A DNA stretch of 64,000 nt from Planctomycetota bacterium (GTDB lineage Bacteria > Planctomycetota > PLA2 > JAEUHO01), in the NCBI GenBank assembly GCA_965222115.1, contig CBDCTJ010000001.1:32001-96000 (forward strand), given 5' to 3'. Below the pieces are notes generated by a model. That model saw only the letters and a program-made list of their open reading frames with translations. It did not search any database and was not told the DNA's origin. The translations under genes were made by a program, and so were the position numbers. This document shows positions 27,356-37,666 of the stretch, one piece after another (position 1 is the first letter of the stretch; every line of letters begins with the position of its first letter).

Positions 27356-28591
27356 ATGGCCAACGGCACATTGAATAAGAAGGGGAATCGCGAGCCAATG
27401 CGAGGCCACGATCGTGAAGTTGGTTCCTCGGGTCGCGTTGATCGCGCGCAGAAGGTGAGGCGCGCTGCACCTGTCGCCGGTGTGATGCTTGTGGCACTTG
27501 TAGCAGCGGTGATCACCGCAGCGCCAACGCCGTACGAAGCTGACTTGGCGCTTTTGTCCAATGTCGATGCTCAGAAGCGCCAAGACGCAAGCGATCGGTT
27601 GGGAAAGGGCGGTAGCAAGCAGGCCACAAAGCTCTTGGACGAACTTGCAGGCAAACACTCCGCCGTCACACGCGCCGGTCTTGTGCGCTCCCTTTCAAAG
27701 CTACCTGTGAGTGGTGATCACGTAAGCGCACTTCGTGATCTCTTGGCGAGTGACAATGTGAACATTGCAGCCAGCGCAGCGCTGATTCTTCAGAAGGCGC
27801 CAAAGGCGCGCGACAAGCTCGTTGCTGAGCTTGCAGACGTTCTTGCCGATGATCGCGTAGCCGATGGCGTCAAGGCTCGTGCAGCGCGTGCGCTCAAGGG
27901 AACCACGGGCGCGGGCGCAACGGCCCTGGAGGCCGCAGCGGCAAGTTCCGGGCTCACGAAACTTGCCGCCATTCGCACGCTTGGGTTCATTCCAACGTCT
28001 GGCCCCGGCAAGCTCGCGACGATCGCCACGGATGAAGAACGCGAAGATCGAGATCGAGTTCTCGCAATGCGCTCTCTTGGTGAAGTCACGGGCAGCAACG
28101 CAAGTTCGGCATCATCCGAGCTCAAGACGCTCGTGAAGAGCACATCGGGATTCGTGCGTGAGCACGCAACTGCGGCATTGAGTGCGAGGGGCGAGTCCGG
28201 AAGCACTTCAACGTTTGTCACACTTGCGAAGGACAAAGACGCGCGCGTGCGGCTGGAGGCACTGCGTGCGATTGAGAGCGCAAAGGCAGTTTCAAGCGAG
28301 AAGTCTACGGTCAAGACGTTGCTATCCGATTCGGATGTTCGCGTGCAAGAGCTTGCCTTGCGTCTCGCTGCCGCTGAGAAGCCGTGGGACTTGTCCGACG
28401 TCAAGAGCACATTCGTTTCCGAGCTTGGATCCAAGAACTTCAAGATCCGTCTCGGTGCTGCCTTAGCGCTTGCCGCGTATGGCGACAAGGGCGGGCTTCA
28501 AACCATGAAGACCGACAAAGATTCCTCCACCAAATCCGTCGCGGCCCAAGCCAAGGCTGCGTACGACCTCATAGACAAAATCGAAGAGTAA
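27356..28591 (+). CDS. Exported HEAT/PBS-lyase-like repeat protein
   Basis: Basic N-terminus and hydrophobic signal segment; repeated L-x-x-L-L-x-D-x-D-x-x-V-R-x-x-A-x-x-A-L units; start inferred (ORF open from 27200). Confidence 0.85.
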   Translation: MANGTLNKKGNREPMRGHDREVGSSGRVDRAQKVRRAAPVAGVMLVALVAAVITAAPTPYEADLALLSNVDAQKRQDASDRLGKGGSKQATKLLDELAGKHSAVTRAGLVRSLSKLPVSGDHVSALRDLLASDNVNIAASAALILQKAPKARDKLVAELADVLADDRVADGVKARAARALKGTTGAGATALEAAAASSGLTKLAAIRTLGFIPTSGPGKLATIATDEEREDRDRVLAMRSLGEVTGSNASSASSELKTLVKSTSGFVREHATAALSARGESGSTSTFVTLAKDKDARVRLEALRAIESAKAVSSEKSTVKTLLSDSDVRVQELALRLAAAEKPWDLSDVKSTFVSELGSKNFKIRLGAALALAAYGDKGGLQTMKTDKDSSTKSVAAQAKAAYDLIDKIEE

Positions 28592-28647
28592 GGCGCAACG
28601 CATCACCGAAAACCATCAAGCAAGGCGTGAGCGAGATTGGGGTAGAC

Positions 28648-31600
28648 ATGGCTAGCAAGAACAGAAACAGTCGAAAGCGTTCAAAGAAGGACAGCCGCCC
28701 GATAACGCCTCGCCCGTGGGTGCATACGCCTCTGGGGCTGGTTGCCGTAGGGCTTGCAACCTATGCGCTAGCATTCCTCGTGCTGACCGGTGGCCGTCAT
28801 GTTCTTGCTGAGGCGGCGCCTCCAAGTCCGATCGTCATCACCGACTTCGGTATGAAGGACACGAGCACCACAGGAAATCCAAAGGAGTCGTACAACTTGG
28901 CCGGGCAGGCTGGCGGCATCTACCAGGTCGATAACGCGAACCGCCATGCGGTTTCGTTCACGTCACTAAAGCCCGCCCACTCCAACAACGCGGTTCAGCA
29001 GATTGATTTGGATGAGACTACCGGGGATGTCATTTACGGTGCGAACAACGGTGAGATTGTTCGCGTCGACATGACGACCAACACGTCAACCACTGTCGGA
29101 ACGGTTTCGGGTGCAGATTTCAAGGTAGCCGCGGCCGACAACAACTCCTCAAGTGTGGATGCCTGGGCGATCGACGCGAATACCAACTCGCTTTATGAGT
29201 TCAAATCCAGTGGTCCGTCGGTACTCGGCAATCCCTCGTTTGGTCAGGGGCCGACCGAACTTGCCGGCCCCAAGCCTGGCAACAATAACGTCGTAGCCCT
29301 GGGCGACGGTTCGGCTGAAATCTATCGCCTCGATGTGACGCTCTTAGTTGACTACGACGACACGTTTGCCGGTGCCAATGTCGAGCCGACCGGGCTTGCT
29401 GTGGCCGATGCCGACTATTGTTACGTATCGATCAATGACGGCTCGACGGCAAAGGTACTGCAGGTTGACTTGCGAGCATCGACCTTTGGATTTGTGACAC
29501 CTGTTATGGGGACGTACTCAAACGTGAGCGCGGTGGACATTTCTGTGGCCGGCCCGTGGGTCACGGTGCTCATGTCGGACAGCACCAATAACGAGACGAC
29601 CGCGCGCGTGTTTGACGTGGGTGTTCCAAGTTCGCCGCTTTACGTGGGCAGCGTGGACTTGTCGTTGGGATATGAGGCCTATGGAGGATTAACCACGCAG
29701 CTCGGCGAGGGCGGGACCCTTGAAGATCTGGAGTTCATGTGGGCCAATCTCACTCAGGACATGAGCGTTACGACGGGTCGTGATGTTGAAGGCGAGTGGA
29801 CATTGGGGTCTGCGAGCAGCGTCCCTCCGGGCGGCGTGTTCCCCACGATCACGGCGGCGGCATCGGGTGCCTACGGCATGGAAGCGCTCACTTGCGTCTG
29901 GCCGTGTCCTCCATTTGGACCCAATTCACAAGGCCCCGTTGCCGGCCCCACGCCACCAGCCCACACCGCATCCACGCCCCATAGCGTTCAGCTCAGCACG
30001 GGCGAAGAAGTGCTGATTCACCGACTGGTTTCGATTCCCGGCCGCGGTATGGATCTTGACCTCACGCTTACGTACCGATCGCGGCGAGATTTTGCGGGCC
30101 GATATGGAAATAGCTGGTTCCTAAATCAAGACGTGCGGATGAAGACCGAGACGAACGGGGATATGACGTATCAGAGTCCATACGGGCGCGTGGATACCTA
30201 CGTCAAGAGTGGGAGCACGTTCATTCCGCCCACGCACTACGACACCACGCTGGCGCCGTCGGGATCTAACCACACCGTTACCGACCGATTGGGCCGCGTG
30301 AGCACGTTTAATGCAAGCGGGCAGCGGATAAGTCTGGCTGATCGCTATGGCAATACACACTCCTATACCTACACGGGCGACAAGCTGACTCAGATCACGG
30401 ATTCGCTGAATCGCAACATTTCGCTCAACTACAATGCCTCGGGGCGGCTCTCAAGTGTGGTTGACTTCGGCGGCCGCACGTGGACATTTTCCTATAACTA
30501 CATGGGGGACCTCCGGACGATCACGAGTCCGGCTTCCACACAGTTTTCCTCGGGGCGCACGGTGCGCTATTCCTACAGCGCCAATCACGCACAGACGCGC
30601 TTCAAGTCGAACCTGATTCACGTGGAAAACGCCAAGGGCGAAGTCGTTCAGACGCTTGAGTATGACGAGAACGACATGGTGGTAGAGGAGTCGCTTGGGC
30701 CGGGCGAGTACACAATTTCGTATGACGTTCCCAACAAGCGGACGACCGTCGTAGACCGCGCGGGAAATACAACGCGCTGGACTTTTGGTTCCTTCGCGGT
30801 GCCCACAGAGAAGAAGGTCTATACCAAGGGGCTTAGAACCGGAGAGCCAACGGACTTCACCACGACGTACACGGTGAACGCAACCACCGGCATGACCACG
30901 GCTGTGGTGTATCCGCGCGGCAACAGATCGGACTATACGTATGACAGTTCGCTCAATCTGACGGAAGTCCGGCACCGAACGACAGATACCAGCACAAACA
31001 GTGGAACGGACCTCGTAACCTCGTACCAGTACACCGGCCAGTACAACCAAGTGAGCCAGGTCACCGATCCCAAGGGCAACGTCATGTCCATGACGGTGGA
31101 TTCCTCCGGAAACACAACGGCCATTACGCATCCGTCTGTGACGCAGCCGACAAGCCAGACCATCGCAGAGACTCTTGTTTACGATTCGTATGGGCGCATC
31201 ACGTCGGCAACCGACGCGGAGAGTCGCGTAACGAATTTTGTGTATTACACATCTGGTTCCCAAAATGGATACTTGCACAAAGTCATTCGTGATCCTGGCG
31301 GGCTCGCGATTACAACGACATTTCAATATGATCAGTATGGAAACGTAACCTCTGTAGCTGACCCGAGTGGCGCCACCACGACGATCACGGTGGACGCCGA
31401 AAACTTCGTTACCCAGATACAAGCGCCTACGCCGCTTAACTACAAACGCAAGTTCACCTACGATGCCAATCGAAATCTCACGCTGCTTGAAACGGAGAAC
31501 CGCGACAAAGACGGTGTGCTTGATTCCACGACGCCTTGGATTGAGACGAGCTATACGTATAACGAAATGGGCTGGCGCTTGACGGCGACTCAGGATCTGA

Positions 31601-34600
31601 CGTCGTCAAGTCAAGCGGTAACGACATATGAGTACGACGGCGAGGGCAAGGTCACCAAAATTCAAAGCCCGACGGGCGAAGAGACGAAGATCGAGTACGA
31701 CGAGCGGGCGCTGCTTTTCAAACTTACGCGGGGCTACGGCGCGTCCGAGGCATCGACGATTCAAGTGGACTACGATGCCAACGGCAATCGCAGCAAGACG
31801 ATCAATAGCGAAGGCGACGCGACGAATTTCACGTACGATCTCTTTGACCGCGCGACGAAGCGAACGAACGCGCTGAGCCATTACGTTTCTTGGACCTATG
31901 ATAAGAACGGAAACGTACTGACGGCGGCAGCCTACAACGCCTCAAATGTGCTCCAAGCTAAGACCACGAATCACTTTGATGAGGTGAACCGGATCTGGAA
32001 ACGTGTTCAGGATCGTTTCGGATCTGGGCTCACGCCGAGCTATCCGACGGTCACCATCCAGCACGATAAGACGGGTCGCGTCACGGAGATCAAAGACCCG
32101 CTCAACAATAAGACGACCTACACGTACGACGCCGCGGGACGTCAGGTCAAAGTGAAGGACGCAATCGGAAATGAAACCGAGTGGATCCTCGATGCGCGCG
32201 GAAAAGCCACCAAGATCAAGCGCAAGGACATTCCTACGGCAGGTGGATCCGAGACTTTTGAAACTGAGTTTGTCTATGATGCTCTGGGCCGCCTCACGTC
32301 CAAGCGCGAGATCGACCGGCTCAACGCTTCGAACATTTTGACAACGAATTTTTCGTATGACAGTCGCGGAAATTTGACCTTCCGCGTAGATGCCGAAGGG
32401 AGTCCTGTTCGCTGGACCTACGATCTCGCAAATCGCCAAACGAGTTATGAGCGCGCGCTTGCCACTGGCACGTCGATTGACGATTTCACAAATAGCATTC
32501 TTGAGACAGCGAGCTTTGACGCCGCGGGCCGTTTGACGTCGGTGACTGACGACAATCTGAACACGACGTCGTACTCTTACGATGCCCTCTCGCGCGTATT
32601 CAAGACGACCTTTGCCGACACGAAGTTCGTGACCCGAACTTTCGATAAGAACGATCGCGTCAAGACGTGGACGGATCAGAACGGCTCTGTGGTGACGAAC
32701 ACGTATGACGCCCTCAGTCGCTTGACCTCGCGCGCGGTCAATCGTGCCACCGGTGTCTTGGGAACGACGTCAGAGACCTATTCTTACGATGCGCTAAACC
32801 GCATGCTCACCGCGAAAGACAATGACTATGAGGCGCAGTTCACGTATGACAGCGTAGGCAACGAGCTGAAGGAGACGCAGGGCTACACAGTGACAGGGCA
32901 AGAGAAGTGGCGCACGGTCACTTCGACGTATACCGACGCGGGTTCGCGCAGCGCGATTCAATATCCCAGTGCCTTCAGTGTGCTTCACCAACGCGACGCC
33001 ATCTACCGCATGACGGCAATGGTGGATTCCGCAGCCTCCACCAACATCGCAAGTTTCACGTTCCAGGGCGCAGGCCGCTTGGCCAAGACGACCAACCAAA
33101 ACTCGACCACGACAGATCACGGGTACGACGGCTTTGCGCGTCTCTCGCAGCTCGATCACAAGAACGGATCTTCTCAGAGTTTCCACACATTCGACTACTT
33201 GTATGACAAAGCCCACAACCGTCGGATGGAGAAGAACTCGTTCAACTCCACTTGGATCAACTCGTTGCCGACCGGGATCCAACCATTTCTGAACGCTCGA
33301 AACGGCAAGGGCGATGTCTATGCCTACGACATGGCCTACCGCATGGTGGACACGCGCTACGACGTGACCAATCCCGCGACGGAAGTGGCCACGCCGGGTT
33401 CGCAGACCTACGTCACCAAGCAAGTCTATACGCTTGATGGCCTCGGCAACCGCAGCCAGACGCAGCAGACCCCATGGGGCGGCTCGGCCACAACGGTTAG
33501 CTATTCGTTCAACGCGATGAACGAATACACGGCGATCGGCGGCACCTCCCGCACGCACGATAGCAACGGCAATCTGACGGACGACGGCTCGCAGACCTAC
33601 CACTACGATTACAAGAATCGTTTGGTCGAGGTGCGGGTCAGCGGATCGAGCACAGTTGTAGCGAAGTACAAGTACGACGCGCTTGGGCGGCGGGTTGAAA
33701 AGCACGTCGTTTCCGGCGCGGTCATGACGCGCTACATCCTTGATGGCCAGGACATCGTCGAGGAGTTTGACGGGAACAACACGTGGCTCGCGCGCTACTT
33801 CCATGAGGATCGCATTGACCATCCGAGGGCGATGGACCGGGCGGATATTTCAGACGTGGATGGCGATAGCAACACGGCAGAGATTCTGAGGTTCACTTAT
33901 CACCAGAACGCGCTTGGGAATGTGAGCGAAATTTCAGCGCCCGGTGGCGGAGTAGTTGAATGGGTGACGTATGACGTCTACGGGAAGGCGACCGCTCGAA
34001 ACTCGGCGGGAACCACACAGGGGTCGAGTTACGTGGGCAATCCGTTCCTGTTTACGGGACGGGAGTTCGACGCCGAGTCGGGGATGTATCACTATCGTGC
34101 AAGGGCATATGACCCCGAGGCGGGGAGGTTCTTGCAGAGAGATCCACTAGAGTTTGCGGACGGTGCAAACTTCTATGATTATGCTGCTGGAAGTCCCTCG
34201 ACAAATTCAGACCCCTTTGGTCTTGAGTCTTGGGACGAGTGGCGTCGGCGACACTATGGGAAGGTGATGAAGTGGAAGTCGGCTTCCGAGAGCAATCTAT
34301 CGGCGGCTATAAATGGTGCTTATGCCATACTGTACATGGCCGCCGGAGGTGTGGGCGGCGCGATGGGAGACAGTGGTGACACGATTGCAGATACTCTGCT
34401 CGACGGAACCGTGGCGGGAATCAATGCGGTATCGACGACCTTGTCGGAAGTCATAGGTAGAGAACTCGGCCGGACTCACACTGCCGCCGCGGTGTCGCGC
34501 TTTGCGGGGCAACAGTACTCGACATTTATCCGAGGCATGTCTTCTCGTCTTGGCGTCGTTGCCCGGCATGGGGCAAGCATTGGACGCGTGGCTCAAGCTG

Positions 34601-35040
34601 TCAGTAGAGTTTACCCCAAAGGTGGAAGTCTTAAGGGTAGTTTGGGAAGGGCCGGAGCCGGCGCGGCAGCGGGACTTCTAGCAGAGCGCCACATGGCTGG
34701 TAGGAGTAGGAGAAAATTGAAAGGGCTCGTCAAGAGTTGGACGAAGAAAATTGAGACGTTCAGATTTGCTGAACTGGCGCGCATCGAGAAACACGCCAGT
34801 CAGCTGATGGATCTTATTGATCAGATCTACAATAGGGGCCGTGGGCCAGGTCGGAGGCTAGAATGCAAGTATCGTGATGGTAAACCTGAACTTGATTGGC
34901 CACCTTGGACCTATACGCCTGAGGAGGTACTCGGCAAAGCGGGTGGAGAGAAAGCCGCCAGGAAACTCATTGAGAGTGCGCGTGAGGCGGGGTGGGGGCA
35001 ACCGGGAGGGCCTGGTGGGAATGCGAGCGGAGGAAAGTGA
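28648..35040 (+). CDS. Rhs/YD-repeat polymorphic toxin-like protein with signal peptide, N-terminal beta-rich domain and variable C-terminal domain
   Basis: Signal ending VLA; DUF6531-like SVQLSTGE..IPGRG..LTYRS..YGNSW; many YD repeats; core FTGREFDAESGMYHYRARAYDPEAGRFLQRDP and PSTNSDPFGL cleavage motif; 271-aa CT. Confidence 0.92.
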   Translation: MASKNRNSRKRSKKDSRPITPRPWVHTPLGLVAVGLATYALAFLVLTGGRHVLAEAAPPSPIVITDFGMKDTSTTGNPKESYNLAGQAGGIYQVDNANRHAVSFTSLKPAHSNNAVQQIDLDETTGDVIYGANNGEIVRVDMTTNTSTTVGTVSGADFKVAAADNNSSSVDAWAIDANTNSLYEFKSSGPSVLGNPSFGQGPTELAGPKPGNNNVVALGDGSAEIYRLDVTLLVDYDDTFAGANVEPTGLAVADADYCYVSINDGSTAKVLQVDLRASTFGFVTPVMGTYSNVSAVDISVAGPWVTVLMSDSTNNETTARVFDVGVPSSPLYVGSVDLSLGYEAYGGLTTQLGEGGTLEDLEFMWANLTQDMSVTTGRDVEGEWTLGSASSVPPGGVFPTITAAASGAYGMEALTCVWPCPPFGPNSQGPVAGPTPPAHTASTPHSVQLSTGEEVLIHRLVSIPGRGMDLDLTLTYRSRRDFAGRYGNSWFLNQDVRMKTETNGDMTYQSPYGRVDTYVKSGSTFIPPTHYDTTLAPSGSNHTVTDRLGRVSTFNASGQRISLADRYGNTHSYTYTGDKLTQITDSLNRNISLNYNASGRLSSVVDFGGRTWTFSYNYMGDLRTITSPASTQFSSGRTVRYSYSANHAQTRFKSNLIHVENAKGEVVQTLEYDENDMVVEESLGPGEYTISYDVPNKRTTVVDRAGNTTRWTFGSFAVPTEKKVYTKGLRTGEPTDFTTTYTVNATTGMTTAVVYPRGNRSDYTYDSSLNLTEVRHRTTDTSTNSGTDLVTSYQYTGQYNQVSQVTDPKGNVMSMTVDSSGNTTAITHPSVTQPTSQTIAETLVYDSYGRITSATDAESRVTNFVYYTSGSQNGYLHKVIRDPGGLAITTTFQYDQYGNVTSVADPSGATTTITVDAENFVTQIQAPTPLNYKRKFTYDANRNLTLLETENRDKDGVLDSTTPWIETSYTYNEMGWRLTATQDLTSSSQAVTTYEYDGEGKVTKIQSPTGEETKIEYDERALLFKLTRGYGASEASTIQVDYDANGNRSKTINSEGDATNFTYDLFDRATKRTNALSHYVSWTYDKNGNVLTAAAYNASNVLQAKTTNHFDEVNRIWKRVQDRFGSGLTPSYPTVTIQHDKTGRVTEIKDPLNNKTTYTYDAAGRQVKVKDAIGNETEWILDARGKATKIKRKDIPTAGGSETFETEFVYDALGRLTSKREIDRLNASNILTTNFSYDSRGNLTFRVDAEGSPVRWTYDLANRQTSYERALATGTSIDDFTNSILETASFDAAGRLTSVTDDNLNTTSYSYDALSRVFKTTFADTKFVTRTFDKNDRVKTWTDQNGSVVTNTYDALSRLTSRAVNRATGVLGTTSETYSYDALNRMLTAKDNDYEAQFTYDSVGNELKETQGYTVTGQEKWRTVTSTYTDAGSRSAIQYPSAFSVLHQRDAIYRMTAMVDSAASTNIASFTFQGAGRLAKTTNQNSTTTDHGYDGFARLSQLDHKNGSSQSFHTFDYLYDKAHNRRMEKNSFNSTWINSLPTGIQPFLNARNGKGDVYAYDMAYRMVDTRYDVTNPATEVATPGSQTYVTKQVYTLDGLGNRSQTQQTPWGGSATTVSYSFNAMNEYTAIGGTSRTHDSNGNLTDDGSQTYHYDYKNRLVEVRVSGSSTVVAKYKYDALGRRVEKHVVSGAVMTRYILDGQDIVEEFDGNNTWLARYFHEDRIDHPRAMDRADISDVDGDSNTAEILRFTYHQNALGNVSEISAPGGGVVEWVTYDVYGKATARNSAGTTQGSSYVGNPFLFTGREFDAESGMYHYRARAYDPEAGRFLQRDPLEFADGANFYDYAAGSPSTNSDPFGLESWDEWRRRHYGKVMKWKSASESNLSAAINGAYAILYMAAGGVGGAMGDSGDTIADTLLDGTVAGINAVSTTLSEVIGRELGRTHTAAAVSRFAGQQYSTFIRGMSSRLGVVARHGASIGRVAQAVSRVYPKGGSLKGSLGRAGAGAAAGLLAERHMAGRSRRKLKGLVKSWTKKIETFRFAELARIEKHASQLMDLIDQIYNRGRGPGRRLECKYRDGKPELDWPPWTYTPEEVLGKAGGEKAARKLIESAREAGWGQPGGPGGNASGGK

Positions 35041-35300
35041 GCGATCCTGAGCATAAAGAACGTCGTGTAGGCATCGACGACATCTATAGGCGCGGTAGAA
35101 AATCGACCTGGGATACCCCTAGTAGCTGGCTGATTTTCGCGGCATTCGCGATACTTTTGTCCACAACAATAGTTGAGAGGGCCATCGCGCCAGCCAATGG
35201 TTGCCTTCGCCGCCTCCTGGACGCGGCGACCCTCCTGGGATACGTCCTTTGGATTGGGGCATTTTACCGGAGATGGCGTAATGAACGGCATGATAATTAG
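35037..35300 (+). CDS. Small two-TM membrane protein, candidate Rhs immunity protein
   Basis: GTG start overlaps the Rhs stop (GTGA); GGAGG upstream; 87 aa with two hydrophobic helices. Confidence 0.55.
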   Translation: MSDPEHKERRVGIDDIYRRGRKSTWDTPSSWLIFAAFAILLSTTIVERAIAPANGCLRRLLDAATLLGYVLWIGAFYRRWRNERHDN

Positions 35301-35528
35301 ATAATTAATAGTGAGCGTTCAGGATACTGAGGTGCCTCGTTTTCTCCCACCAACTTCGTGACTTTCGACTTTCGTACGCACCGCCGAGTACGTTCCGTGT
35401 AATTCACCGGTGCGACCCGCCCCGAAGATTGACGACCGTGGAGACAAAGAGCCAGTTTGCGGCCCAATCTCTCCTTTGACATCTTCAAGAGTGTCGAGCA
35501 CATCGCCTTGTCACGGTAAACTAAAGAA

Positions 35529-36014
35529 ATGCCCGGTCGCCCACTACCGCACCGCCTGCGTCGACTGATATGGACGGCTTGTATTCCCGCAGCAGTTGCC
35601 GCGATCATCATGTCTATTGAGTTCGTAAGCAACAAGCAGCGCGCGTTGCCAAAACCATTTACATGGATTCGACCTCACGTGGAGGCGCCAGCATTGGCAA
35701 TAAAGCCAATCGACAACACGTTGCTCCATCTCATGGAACGGATGCACCCGTATCCAGCCCGGGCGGCTACGCCTAGAAACCAGCAACTATCCGCACCGAC
35801 CATCCCACCCCTACGCGCCTTCGCCGTCTCCATGTGGATACACGGTGATTCTGGAACTACGCTGACTCTTCGCTGCAAAGATCCAGCCCACGACATCGCC
35901 TATTGCATTGGCACTGACAACCCTGATCGAGACGTGAAGTTGGTACGAGCGGATGTGGACGACAAACTTGCGCGGTTTACTGTCCGTCGCGGCAATGAGC
36001 AGCACACGTTATAA
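35529..36014 (+). CDS. Hypothetical membrane-anchored protein (possibly GspC/PilP-like beta domain)
   Basis: N-terminal TM, Pro-rich linker, C-terminal beta-rich segment (Y..G..VKLV..FTVRRG..L); weak support. Confidence 0.4.
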   Translation: MPGRPLPHRLRRLIWTACIPAAVAAIIMSIEFVSNKQRALPKPFTWIRPHVEAPALAIKPIDNTLLHLMERMHPYPARAATPRNQQLSAPTIPPLRAFAVSMWIHGDSGTTLTLRCKDPAHDIAYCIGTDNPDRDVKLVRADVDDKLARFTVRRGNEQHTL

Positions 36015-36077
36015 GTTCAATCGCAGCCGCGAATTTCACAGCAGCGTGATTCGTTTTAGTCCGCCAATCCCCCCCAC

Positions 36078-37121
36078 CTACCAAGTCATCTCAATCTCCT
36101 CCCACCACGCCTCAAGCGCCTGCGGATCAAGCTTCATCGCCGCTTCGAATCTTGTGCCCTCAGGCAAAGGAACGAGTCTGGCGAGCGTCTTCCCGATGGA
36201 ATCACGGATTGCCGGCTTAACGCGAGGCAGTACCTGATAGAGCGACAACGAATCTTGTGGCCGCGCCTTCGATGCCATGTCACCGAGCGAGTCGACGTCT
36301 CCCGCAATCAACGCCAAAACGCGTTTTCGAAGGTCAGGATTCGCGTCGTCAAACCAAGCGATGCCAGGACCATCGCGTTTTGAACTCGTGCACGACGCGC
36401 CCGCCGGAACATGCACGTGCCACGAGCTGTTCTCCAGCGATACGGACCCGGCGGTTACACGCAAATGGCTGCGCCCCTCGTCGTCCACTTCCAATTCGTA
36501 GGCACACCCCAAGTCCACCGCCCTTGCACTCGGCGTATCCACCACAAATAGCCGCGGCGGGGCATTGACTACGGCGCTCAACTTGCCGCGCGCAAGTTCC
36601 ACGCGGTGCGCGGCATTGTGCGACTCGACAATGCGAAGTCGGGAGTGCTCATGCACACTCAATTCACCGATATCGGCGACTTCCAATCGCACCCGTTCGC
36701 GGTCGCCTGTCTCTAACCAAGTTCCTAGCGGCAAATGTCCCGGCACATTCTGGCCTTCATTGACCATCGACCATTCATGTCGCGATCCTTCGTGGGACAC
36801 ACTCGTGGCGCCGGGTGCCGATGTGGATGCACCGTGTCGACTTTGTTCGATCATCCATACGGTGAGTCCAACCGCTGACAGGACCGTGGCTGCGACGGCC
36901 ACTACGCGTGGCCACACCGTGGAGGACGTTGCATTGGACGGAATCGCTCCTTCCTCGGCCAATGGTCGCAGTGCACGTTCCAAACTGACTATCTCCTCGT
37001 CTGGACTTGCTTGTGGATTCCACAAGTAGTCGTGCTCGGCGCCGTCCAGCGACTCAAGTCGCTTTCGTTCGTCTTCGCTGAGGGTTTCGTCCCACGACGA
37101 ATTCGATTTGGATGTCGTCAT
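36078..37121 (-). CDS. FecR-domain anti-sigma factor
   Basis: Single TM; FecR motifs HSRLRI..VELARG..FVVDTPSARAVDLGCAY..LRVTAGSV; ATGA overlap with the sigma gene. Confidence 0.85.
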   Translation of the reverse strand: MTTSKSNSSWDETLSEDERKRLESLDGAEHDYLWNPQASPDEEIVSLERALRPLAEEGAIPSNATSSTVWPRVVAVAATVLSAVGLTVWMIEQSRHGASTSAPGATSVSHEGSRHEWSMVNEGQNVPGHLPLGTWLETGDRERVRLEVADIGELSVHEHSRLRIVESHNAAHRVELARGKLSAVVNAPPRLFVVDTPSARAVDLGCAYELEVDDEGRSHLRVTAGSVSLENSSWHVHVPAGASCTSSKRDGPGIAWFDDANPDLRKRVLALIAGDVDSLGDMASKARPQDSLSLYQVLPRVKPAIRDSIGKTLARLVPLPEGTRFEAAMKLDPQALEAWWEEIEMTW

Positions 37122-37666
37122 GCGCGCTCCTGATCTACGCCGAGTGCATGGCGCAACTTCTTTAGGCCTCGATGCAGGTTGACGCGCACCGAACCGGGTG
37201 TCATGTCCAATCGCTCTGCGATCTCCGGACCGCTCATTCCGCAAACAAGTCGCATCAAGAGCGGTTCGCGAAATGCATCGGGCAGCGCTCGAATCGCGTT
37301 CAAGACTTCGCGAGCCTCGGCGAACGGCACGAAACGCGACGCAACGTCGGGCAATGCTGTTGATGCATCTCGCGTGCGACCACGAAGCGCATCGGTGGCG
37401 CGATTTCGTGCAATGGTCATCAGCCAGCCCGAAAACGCTCGGTCATCGCGCAACGTGCCAAGCCGCGCCAGTGCTTTGGTGAACACGTCTTGCATAAGAT
37501 CGTCTACGTCTCTCACCGGTGCGCGTGCGAGGAGCACCGCCCGCACAGCCAGTTTGTGATTCTGGTAGAGCGTCCCCCAGGCCGCGGAACTACCCGCCCG
37601 TGCGGCTGCCACGAGCGACGTCGTGACGTGGCGCATCGAGTGCGTGGCTCCGGACCCATTGGACAA
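37118..37666 (-). CDS. ECF-type RNA polymerase sigma-70 factor
   Basis: Region 2 DDLMQDVF..FSGWLMTIARN; region 4 LPDAFREPLLMR..EIAERL..GSVRVNLHRG; TTG start after AGGAG. Confidence 0.9.
   Translation of the reverse strand: MSNGSGATHSMRHVTTSLVAAARAGSSAAWGTLYQNHKLAVRAVLLARAPVRDVDDLMQDVFTKALARLGTLRDDRAFSGWLMTIARNRATDALRGRTRDASTALPDVASRFVPFAEAREVLNAIRALPDAFREPLLMRLVCGMSGPEIAERLDMTPGSVRVNLHRGLKKLRHALGVDQERA

Noticed and set aside
28384-28647. N-terminal 88 aa of the 2218-aa Rhs ORF
   Set aside because: Overlaps the HEAT gene in another frame; the signal peptide points to the ATG at 28648.
30000-34200. Possible CRISPR or DNA-level repeat array
   Set aside because: The repetition is protein-level YD repeats; no identical nucleotide repeats with spacers and no cas genes in the window.
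35319-35501. Possible orphan Rhs CT or second immunity ORF
   Set aside because: 60 aa on the opposite strand with no Rhs core remnant or DPxG motif.
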